Source of the DNA: Octopus vulgaris
Lineage: Eukaryota
Direction: 5' to 3'
DNA length: 64,000 bases
Assembly: GCA_951406725.2 (NCBI GenBank)
Contig: OX597815.1
Coordinates: forward strand, 33,728,001 to 33,792,000
Shown here: positions 54,993 through 64,000 of the stretch, piece after piece
Layout: every line of letters begins with the position of its first letter
Position numbering within the stretch: position 1 is the first letter of the stretch
Translations under genes and position numbers: made by a program
Notes under the pieces: model-generated
What the model was told of the DNA's origin: nothing
Databases searched by the model: none
The model's input: the letters and a program-made list of their open reading frames with translations, nothing else

Positions 54993-54995
<3 letters not shown>
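54298..54995 (-). mobile_element. pogo/Tigger-like transposon 5' fragment
   Basis: TA+CAGTAGAACCTC end. Decayed ORF MGPKKVS...ITIELKKEIIDKHERG...STICTTLKKKDEIK (CENP-B-type HTH). Confidence 0.75.
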
Positions 54996-55062
<67 letters not shown>

Positions 55063-55298
55063 GTAGTAACAGAAAAGAGGAATTTCTATTGTCCCCACGT
55101 GGTGAGTTGTAATTTATATAAGAAATTAAAAAAGGAAAATACGCACACTTACATGGTTTTAATATACTTTTTAATATATCGAGCGGTTTCGCTATCGCTA
55201 TTCATGATATTATGTTTAATTTATTTGAATATACATATATTTTTTTTTCTTAAGAAGAAATGTGGTCCATGTTGTGTGTGATGAAATTCTTATGTGTG

Positions 55299-55331
<33 letters not shown>

Positions 55332-55357
55332 GTGTATATGTGTGTGTGTGTGTACAC

Positions 55358-55393
<36 letters not shown>

Positions 55394-55428
55394 ATGTGTG
55401 TATATATATATATATGTATGTATGTATA

Positions 55429-55463
<35 letters not shown>

Positions 55464-55481
55464 TATGTATGTATGTGTGAA

Positions 55482-55544
<63 letters not shown>

Positions 55545-55545
55545 G
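54996..55545. repeat. (TA)n and compound TA/TG microsatellites
   Basis: Seen directly. They explain the YI-rich spurious ORFs here. Confidence 0.9.
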
Positions 55546-55546
55546 T

Positions 55547-55849
55547 GGAGGCACAATGGCCTAGTGGTTAGGGCAGCGGACTTGCGGTCGTAGGATCGCG
55601 GTCTCGATTCCCAGACCGGGTGTTGTGAGTGTTTATTGAGCGAAAACACCTAAAAGCTCCACGAAGCTCTGGCAGGGGGTGGTGATCCCTGCTGTACTCT
55701 TTCACCACTCTTTCTCTCACTCTTTCTTCTGTTGGCCTGCTCACTTAGCCAGCGGGGTGGCGTCATTCGAAGGCTAAAGCAATGTGAACGCATGGTGACC
55801 AGCGATGTGTAGCAACATCTGATGGTCTGGTCGGTCACGTGATCACGTG

Positions 55850-55850
<1 letters not shown>
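55547..55850 (+). mobile_element. Young tRNA-derived SINE
   Basis: A box TGGCCTAGTGG and B-box-like GTCTCGATTCC. CpG-rich and flanked by (TA)n. Confidence 0.85.
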
Positions 55851-55885
<35 letters not shown>

Positions 55886-55937
55886 GTGAGGAAAATATTT
55901 GACAATTTAAAACAAAATTATGAAACTAATATTTGAC

Positions 55938-56092
55938 CTATCAGGAGCGGACTCTTTAGCGTCCTCAACAGTAAGAGGTCCCAGTTTTTGTTTCCATTCA
56001 CAGACGATTCCTTTTTCCTTATTTTTCTTCTTTAGTACTAATATATGACAGGGGCCACTGGTCATGAACTGGATGTAGTCTTCATAAAATGG
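55938..56092 (-). CDS. NME8: NME8-like exon, NDK1
   Basis: Reads PFYEDYIQFMTSGPCHILVL...EWKQKLGPLTVEDAKESAPD(S). Phase 0-2. Confidence 0.92.
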
Positions 56093-56579
56093 CTGCAAAT
56101 AAAGGGAAGATAATAATGTTTACAGCAAGTTCCACTGAACGAAAGAGTGTCCCGGGAAGTCATTTTTTTTTTTAGCCTAAGGGACCCATAACGCTTATAC
56201 CAATCACCTGTGTTAGATGCCCTCCTAGAGTGGGAAGGCTTAAGTGGATGAAAAAAGACATGGGTAGAGAGGGAAACTTGCAATGGAAGGAAAAAGCTAC
56301 TACAGGTACCCTGAACACCAGGTGAAGATGTTAAAATGGGTAATGCATTGGGCGCAAAGGAACAAGACAAGACTATGAGTTGATAAGAACAGCTATAGGC
56401 AATTCAATTGATTTGTAGTGCATCATCATCGTCGTTGTCATCGTCATCACCGTTGTCATCGCCATTGTCATTGTCATCATCATCACCATCATTTAATGTC
56501 TAGCTTCCATTTGACAGGATCTAATGATTTGGAAGACTGTGTCATGCACCACTGTCAACTTTTGTATGGTTTCTAGGCG

Positions 56580-56934
56580 GTTGGATGGAACCTACACTTG
56601 CCTCCTTATGAGAGCTCAAAATCTCTCGTGGAAGCGTCATCCAACCAAAATGCAAATATATGGGAAACTACCACCTGTGTCATCTCTTGTGAAAGGTAGG
56701 AGAGTCCAGTTTGCTGGACATTGTTGTAGGGCTGAAAACAAGGCAATTTCTACTCTTCTCCTCTGGAAGCCATCTACTCGCAATACCAAAGGGCGCACAC
56801 TCTCCTACCCTGATGTAATCTCCAGGGATACAGTCATCCAGCAACAGGACCTCCGTAATGCTATGATGGACCGTGAAGTCTGGCGTAGCATGGTAAATTC
56901 CATTGTTTCGACCACGGTCAAACAATGATGATGA
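56580..56934 (+). mobile_element. RTE-type LINE 3' fragment nested in a SINE
   Basis: Reads RLDGTYTCLL...RRVQFAGHCCR...AMMDREVWR and ends in (TGA)n. The host SINE resumes at GCTGGATGCCC. Confidence 0.8.
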
Positions 56935-57334
56935 TAGCTGGATGCCCTCTGAAATGCCAACCACTTTACAGAGTGTGTTGAGTGCGTTTTATATAGCACC
57001 GGCACAAGTGATGATTGCCTTAAAGTGGCCTCTGTAAATAAGGTAAAACACAAAAGAAGAGTGGATGATGATCCTTGGTTGAGAAATGATAAGAAAGAGG
57101 GAAGAAAGAATGGATTAAAGACAGGGCTGGGAAAAAGAGAGCAATAGATCTATTTTTCTAATTCCTTCAGAAGTATGAAAGGAGAAGTTAACCATGGTAG
57201 AGTTTCAAGTTAGAATATAAAAGGACCTAACTAAATACCAAAGGTATTTTGCCCAGTACCCCTCTGGTTCTGCCCATACTCAACCTCTTACATAGTAATA
57301 AAACAAATTATAAGGTTTGTGCCCAGTAATATTA

Positions 57335-57549
57335 GCTCAAATTTTGACACAAGGCCTGTAAGTTTGAGAGAGAGGCTAAGTTGATCACACCAACCCCCAG
57401 TGCTTGACTGGTACTCATTTTACTGACCCTGAAAGGATGAAAGACAAAGTCACCCTTGGTGGAATTTAAATTCAGAACATAAAATTGAACAAAATGTTGT
57501 TAAGTATTTTGCCCGACGTGGTAATGATTTTGCCAGTTTGCCACCTTTA
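57335..57549 (-). mobile_element. SINE with 17-bp TSD
   Basis: TSD TGTGCCCAGTAATATTA at 57318-57334 and 57550-57566. Confidence 0.88.
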
Positions 57550-57577
57550 TGTGCCCAGTAATATTAATAATTTCTTT

Positions 57578-57781
57578 AAGGTGGCAGCTGGCACAATCAT
57601 TAGCATATTGGACAAATTGTTCAGTGGCATTTCGACCGTCTTCATGTTCTAAGTTCAAATTCTGGTGAGGTCAACTTAGCCTGTCATCTTTTTAGGGTTG
57701 ATAAAATAAGTACCAGCTGAGTCAAGGCAATTGACTTACCCCTCCCCCAAAATTGTTGGCCCTGTGCCAATATTTCAAATC
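57578..57781 (+). mobile_element. SINE of the same family, inverted, with 18-bp imperfect TSD
   Basis: TSD AATATTAATAATTTCTTT (57560-57577) / AATATTAGTGATTTCTTT (57782-57799). Confidence 0.85.
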
Positions 57782-58186
57782 AATATTAGTGATTTCTTTG
57801 ATGGAAATGTGCTGTGGGATGAGCATAAACAATTAAATAACTTATTAACATTAAATATTTTATTGACTTGTCAGAAGGATGGATGATGATGTCAGTACCA
57901 GAATGATTTGAACTTTGAATGTAGAGTTAGGATTAGATACTTTAAGGTAGTTAATCTAACACTTTACTCTACTGGCTTCAATGTAAAATACATTAGTAGA
58001 TGTATTATTTAGACTCAAGTCTGTTGTGAGCTCTGGGATTCATAAGGCCAGAGATTAATGTGGTTTCTATGGTGTATAAACAACTGAGATTACAACACTT
58101 CCTGCACACCATTATGACATGAGTATTTGCAAGTTAGCTAGTAGATCTAAAATATTAGTCAAGTAAAAGTGGATAAGTCATACATT

Positions 58187-58810
58187 GCTACACATGGATT
58201 AATGACAAACAAGAGGTAGCTAAGACAGATTTATGATAAATCATAGGTAGCTACAGACATATTTACAATAAATCATGGGTTGCTACAGATGGATTAAGGA
58301 CAAACCATGGGTAGCCAGAGGTGAATTAATGATAAATCAGAGGTAGCTATAGGTGGATTAATGATAAATCACAGGTAACTACAGCTGGATTAATAATAAA
58401 TCATGGGTAGCTACAGGTAGATTAATAATAAATCATGGGTAGCTACAGGTAGATTAATAATAAATCATGGGTAGCTACAGATGGATTAATGACAAATCAC
58501 AGGTAGCTACACACAGATTGATAGATCATAGGTAGCTACAGACATATTAATGATAAATCATAGGTAGCTATAGATTGATTGATGATAAATCAAGGGTAGC
58601 CATAGGTGGATTAATGACAAATATCACAGGTAGCTACAAGTGGATTAATGGCAAATCACAGAGACAAATGGTGCATTAATAATAAATCACAGGTAGCTAT
58701 AGATGGATAAATGACAAATCATGAGTTACCAAAGGTGAATTAATGACAAATCACAGGTAGCTACCAGTGGATTAATGATAAATTGTAGGTAGCATAGGTG
58801 GATTAATGTA
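58187..58810. repeat. 32-bp minisatellite, about 19 copies
   Basis: Unit GATTAATAATAAATCATGGGTAGCTACAGGTA; near-exact copies start at 58388, 58420 and 58452. Confidence 0.92.
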
Positions 58811-59012
58811 GTCATTTAGTATGCTCATTTCATTAAACTTAGCTTTTTGGTAGCATCATTAATTAATTTTGTATCTTTTTTTCTCTTTATGCACATTTTT
58901 TGTGTTGTGTATTTCTTTATTTGTTTTTATATATCAAGAATGTTTTCTTTTGTTCTGGAAGATTTAATTTTTTCTTGTTTGAAGAAGACATAAAAACAGA
59001 TATTCCTCTCAC

Positions 59013-59105
59013 CTCTTCTGACAAATGATGATAGAATGCTCTGGCAATTTTATCTGTGAGTAATTTCTTCTCATTGGCCACAATTTCAATCCCTTCAGCT
59101 TCCAT
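59013..59105 (-). CDS. NME8: NME8-like exon, NDK1
   Basis: Reads MEAEGIEIVANEKKLLTDKIARAFYHHLSEE. Phase 0-0, cAG/GTGAG boundaries. Confidence 0.92.
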
Positions 59106-59809
59106 CTGGAAATTAAAGAATTCTCAGGTGAACTTTCAGATAATATAACCAAAAGAAGAAGAAGGAGGAAAAGAATGTGGTGGTAGTGGTGGAGGAAAAG
59201 AACGTGGTTGTGAATGCGGCGGCGTCGGCGTCGTCGGTGTTGTCGGCGTCGGCGTCGGCGTCGGCGACGGCGTCGTCGTCATTTAACATACACTTTCTAT
59301 GCTAGCATGGATTGGACAGTTGAACAGGTGGATCTGATGAGTTGAAGGATTGCATGATGTGCCAATGTGTTTTGGAATGGTTTCTATGGTTGGAAGCTCT
59401 TCTTTTCATCAACCAAGTTACAAAGTGTACTTAGTAGGTATTTTTCTATCATTTTTTCTTCTTTTTTTTTTTTGTTGCACTAGCACTAGTGAAGTTGCTT
59501 AAAAGACTAAAGGACTTAAAAAGACCCCTATAAGCGAAGGAGAACAGGAGTAAAACTGAGAGAGAGAGAGAGAGAGAGAGTGTGTGTGTGTGTGTGCACA
59601 TGTGATGATTTTAGATAAGATGGAAGAGCAGATAACTAATGATGATAGAAACTTCAACACAATTTCTTCCTACCAAGCTCCATTCACAAGCTTTTGGTGG
59701 AACCAAATCTATGTTAGAAGGGACTTTATGCAAGGTACCTTTCAGTGGGATAGAACATGAAACAATGTGGTTGTGAAGCAAACTGCTTAACCACACAACC
59801 ATACATGAA

Positions 59810-60382
59810 GCATGGAACAAACTGCCGGCAGTTTGTTAGTTGTCGGAGCACTGCATCCTTCAAAACTTCCATGTTTTCTGAGATTCGCCAACACTACACC
59901 TGATTTCCTCCCCTCCATACACACACAAGCTTGTATCTGACTCATACATTGTTCGCTTTCCAGACATTTGTACATTAATGCATATACTCTGACAAGTTGT
60001 GGTGCACCTGAGCACTCTCTTTTACTTGTTTTAGTCATTTGACTGCGACCATGCTGGAGCACCGCCTGTAGTTGAGGAAATCAACCCCAGGACTTATTCT
60101 TTGTAAGCCTAGTACTTACTCTATCGGTCTCTTTTGCCGAACCGCTAAGTTACGGGGACGTAAACACACCATATAATGTTGGGGGGACAAACACAGACAC
60201 ACAAACACACACATACATATATACATATATACGACAGGCTTCTTTCAGTTTCCGTCTACCAAATCCACTCACAAGGCTTTGGTCGGCCCAAGGCTATAGA
60301 AGAAGACACTTGCCCAAGGTGCCACGCAGTGGGACTGAACCCAACTGTATACAATAATTTCATTATTATTATTATTATTATT
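59810..60382 (+). mobile_element. CR1-like 3' end interrupted by a tRNA-SINE (about 60017-60343, -)
   Basis: The LINE terminus GGTGCACCTGAGCACT|GTATACAATAATTTC(ATT)n is split by the SINE. Confidence 0.85.
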
Positions 60383-60467
60383 ATGAATAAATGGGCAAGT
60401 ATGAAGCTGGAACTCTTAAAGCAGATGGCACTACAATTGATAGCAAGACAGATGCTGGGTAACTTAC

Positions 60468-60547
60468 CATTTCGAGAATAGTCTCCACACGCCCATCCTG
60501 CACAGCATCGGGTTTAATAATAGCAACAGTAACCTCCTCGAGTAGCG
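60468..60547 (-). CDS. NME8: NME8-like exon: start of NDK1
   Basis: Reads (A)LLEEVTVAIIKPDAVQDGRVETILEM, containing the NDPK IKPD motif. GTAAG donor. Confidence 0.92.
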
Positions 60548-60629
60548 CTTTTGGAGAAATTTATAAATAGAAGAATAAAATTTAAGAAAAATAATTCTGG
60601 TATTGTCTGTTTCTTTGAAAGGAAATTTT

Positions 60630-61506
60630 TACTGTAACATGGATTGTAACATAAACTTTGCAGTTACATAAATGGTCCATGTAACATAAATTGTACAGTA
60701 ACACACTGTACTGTTATATAACCTAATGTAGCACAGACTGTCTTGTAACATACATTGTACTATAACATAAATGGTAAAATAATATAAACTGTATTATAAC
60801 ACATGCAACTACACTGTACTATATTATAAGCTATAGAGTATCATGGATTGTCCTGTAAATATACTCTGTATAGTAACATAAACTGTACTATAACATAAGC
60901 CATACTGTAATAAAAGCTGTACTGTAATATTGATATAAGACTTGTAGTAACATAGACTGTCTTGTAATATACACTGTACACTATACACTATACTGTAACA
61001 TACACTGTAATGTTGCATAATCTACAATGAAATATACATTGTACTATAACAAACTTTACTGTAACACAAACTGTACTTTTAATATACTTTGTACTATAAT
61101 GTTGTAACATATACTGTTACTGCAACATAAACTGTATAGTAACATAAATAGTAAAGTATCACAAACTATACTGTAACATACACTATACTGTAACAAAGAG
61201 TACTATAAAATACTCTGTACTGTAACATGGACTGTACAGCAACAGTACTGTAACACAAACTGTACTGTACCAATAAATATTCCTGGCTGTACAGCAGCAG
61301 TACTGTAACACAAACTGTACTGTAACAAGAAATATTCCTGGCTGTACAGCAGCAGTACTGTAACACAAACTGTACTGTAACAAGAAATATTCCTGGCTGT
61401 ACAGCAGCAGTACTGTAACACAAACTGTACTGTAACAAGAAATATTCCTGGCTGTACAGCAGCAGTATTGTAACACAAACTGTACTGTAACAAGAAATAT
61501 TCCTGG
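60630..61506. repeat. Degenerate about 18-bp satellite ending in a homogeneous 55-bp higher-order array
   Basis: ACTGTAACA-rich. TCCTGG recurs at 61281, 61336, 61391, 61446 and 61501. Confidence 0.92.
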
Positions 61507-61974
61507 AAGTTTGAATTTCATTGAAAATAATAACAACAATAGCATGGAAAGATATAATGATGGAACGGTTGTGGTAATGAATACTGAAAGTGGTTTATGG
61601 TTTCAAATCCACTGCAAGCAATTTGACAAGTCACTCATCAGCAGGGCAGGTTTTAAATCAACTAGGCAAATTTGTTCAAATTGGGTCCCATGCCAAGAGG
61701 GGGACACCATGCCAAGAGAGGGCCCCATTCCAAGAGAGAGACTTGTGCACATGCTCAAGCGGAGGACACTATGATGAATTTTTAGTATATCATTGTAGCT
61801 AGTGGTGGAGTCTCAAGCTCTCAATACTTTATGACCGAGACAGGCATATTACACAAAGCATAAAACACCAATCTCCAGCATTTGTAGAGTAGAGGACCCC
61901 ACTAACGATTCTCTAATTGGACCCTGCACTTTGTAGTGTTGAGTAATTTTGCATTACAAAAAATAAATAAATGC

Positions 61975-62125
61975 GGGCATGGCTGTGTGGTTAGGGAGCT
62001 TGCTTCCTAGCTACATGGTTTCGGGTTCAGTCCCACTGCGTGGCACTTTGGGTAGGTGTCTTCCACTATAGCCCCGAGCCGACCAGAGCTTTGTGATTGA
62101 ATTCGGTAGGTGGAAGTTATTGCCG
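61975..62125 (+). mobile_element. tRNA-derived SINE head
   Basis: TGGCTGTGTGGT ... GGGTTCAGTCCCACTGCGTGGCAC. Same family at about 23030-23140, 33640-33750, 52720-52885 and 60240-60343. Confidence 0.8.
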
Positions 62126-62351
62126 TGTGTGTATGTGTGCGTATAGGCTGCTCAGTGCCTCTCCGAAAGAGAGAGAGAGAAATAAAAATAAAAACAACAG
62201 TAATTCATTTCAGTAAATGTCAAAATTTGAAGACTCAACCAACCCATGCTCAAACAATAACTGAAGTAAAAAAAAATAACATAAACAAAAGGAAACAAAA
62301 AAAAGGCAAAAAAGAAAAGGAAACCAAAAAATGTTTAGAAGTGATTATCAC

Positions 62352-62418
62352 CTTCAGTTTCAGCTTCCTCTTCAGACTCTGATGATTCTTTTATGAATGG
62401 GAGTTCTTTATCAATAAT
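62352..62418 (-). CDS. NME8: NME8-like exon: acidic linker upstream of NDK domain 1
   Basis: AG/GT boundaries, 67 nt. Reads IIDKELPFIKESSESEEEAETE; the phase-1 end fits the next exon. Confidence 0.75.
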
Positions 62419-63419
62419 CTTGCAGATTTTTAAAACAAGAGCAGGAAACATGTGAATCATTACACAATATGAGGTATTGAGTAAATGTTAGTAGCTTGTA
62501 AGAATATATTTTTATTCTGCATCGATGTCAGTAGAAGGAGAATTCAAGTTATACCCACACAATGTAGTCTCATTAGCATAACCTCCCACCCCATAAACAC
62601 ACATGCACGCACACACACATACACATGCACACACACACACATGCAACTGATGATTTGTATGTGTCATGTATACACACACAAACAAATTATCAGTTAGTTG
62701 TCCATATCTCAGAAATAGAAACACACTCATTTTAAGTAACAGAGCAGGTATATTTTTATATCATTAAGTAAAATATTGTGTGTTTCTTAAATGGCTTATA
62801 AACACCTTCCACGATGCAATTGTTTTCGTTCCAGCACACGATCTCAGATCAGGTCACTTGCTATGCAAGTACATCTCCGTAAAATATTATTGTCTATGGC
62901 ATATAACTGGCCAGAATGTTACTGTTGACTTAGAGCCAAATATTGCCACTAAACAATATTGACGTGTCTTCAGATATGCTGTCTATGAGCATAAAACTTC
63001 TTTTGCACAGAAGTGCATAGACTCTAGTTTGATTCAGTGGTGGCAAAAGGGTGGAACATAATCTAGTAAAAAATGTTATGGAGACAGGAAGAGTTATTCC
63101 CCATGGATTGGTGTTTGCCATGAGTGAAATGTGAAAGTTATGTATGTATTACTCTCCAGTCCCACATTGCATGGATATTTTAGAACAATTCTCTTCTCTG
63201 TCAAGCAGAGCCTGCATCTCCTGCTTCCATTAAGAATCAGCCTAGATCATTCTGGTAATCTCCATGTGATGTTATACAACATTGCACCCTTTTTTAATTA
63301 CCATGTATAGCAGTTTACATCTTTCCTGGGTTTGTGATTATTATAAAAGAGAGTCTGGGATTATTCAACCTGGCCTTAAAGGAGCTCTCCAGTGTTGTGA
63401 CCGGGTTGCTTCCTGCACC

Positions 63420-63810
63420 AGTTCCACATAGCCCCAGCCCATTCAAAGTACCTTGGATTTCAGAACAACACGCTGTGCTTGAGGAGACCTATTGAGTCAA
63501 GTACATGAACATCGAAATAAATATCAATGGAAATAGTAGTTGTGATACCTGTACCGGTGGCACGTAAAAAGCACCAACCGATCGTGGCCGCTACAAGCCT
63601 CTCCTGGCACCTGTGCCGGTGGAACGTAAAAAGCACCCACTACACTCACGGAGTGGTTGGTGTTAGGAAGGGCATCCAGCTGTAGAAACACTTCCAGATC
63701 AGACTGGAGCCTGGTGCAGCCTCCTGGCTTCCCAGACCCCGGTGGAACCGTCCAACCCATGCTAGCACGGAAAACAGATGTTAAACGATGATGATGATCA
63801 TCATCATCAT
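63420..63810 (+). mobile_element. RTE 3'UTR fragment / SINE tail
   Basis: Homologous to 32570-33062 and the reverse complement of 53150-53410. Confidence 0.85.
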
Positions 63811-64000
63811 CCTATTCATATTCGTCAAGGCTATTTTTGCTTTGTAGACCACAGCTTCTGCATTGCATTGACTATTCACAGGGAATTCACTGTAAACCCT
63901 GCATGAGCATCATGACTCTGTTTACAGTTTTGGAGTATTAACTGATACTTTTCTTTTCTATTAGGAGCACAGCTGAATGAGATCCTTTAGTTATGCTTAT

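Noticed and set aside
55547-55620. tRNA genes (also 48600, 48950, 61975)
   Set aside because: A/B boxes are present but the acceptor stem is not proper, and the sequences continue into SINE bodies.
58187-58810. CRISPR-like 32-bp repeats
   Set aside because: Units are contiguous with no unique spacers, there are no cas genes, and the context is a eukaryotic intron.
61166-61545. Cys/Tyr-rich repetitive ORFs
   Set aside because: Translation of a 55-bp repeat (not a multiple of 3) cycling through frames; no splice support.
62419-64000. Thioredoxin-domain exons of the NME8-like gene
   Set aside because: No WCGPC-like or other Trx-coding exon was found. They are presumably beyond the window, so the NME8 label rests on the 3xNDK plus acidic tail architecture.

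Overview
AT-rich, microsatellite- and SINE-dense eukaryotic DNA. The repeat families resemble those of a cephalopod, probably Octopus (inference). Two convergent spliced genes are present. (1) The last two coding exons of a DIP2 (disco-interacting protein 2) gene lie on + (3820-3943, 7968-8220) and are followed by about 10 kb of transposon-poor sequence that may be a very long 3'UTR. (2) Thirteen phase-consistent GT-AG exons on - (62418 down to 27815) encode an NME8/TXNDC3-like protein (outer-arm dynein IC1 type) with three tandem NDP-kinase domains and an acidic tail ending in 29 KPPEAAE(E)xx repeats. Its 5' part, expected to include a thioredoxin domain, lies outside the window. The rest is transposon debris (piggyBac, three mariners, Tc1, pogo/Tigger, 8-bp-TSD MITEs, RTE, CR1-like, Tx1-like, tRNA-SINEs) and minisatellites. 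I found no clearly novel multi-gene system. The best leads are the repeat tail sitting behind a consensus splice donor, the domain-specific NDK active-site substitutions, inverted-repeat dsRNA substrates in the NME8 introns, the candidate long DIP2 3'UTR, and a zinc finger embedded in an RTE reverse transcriptase.
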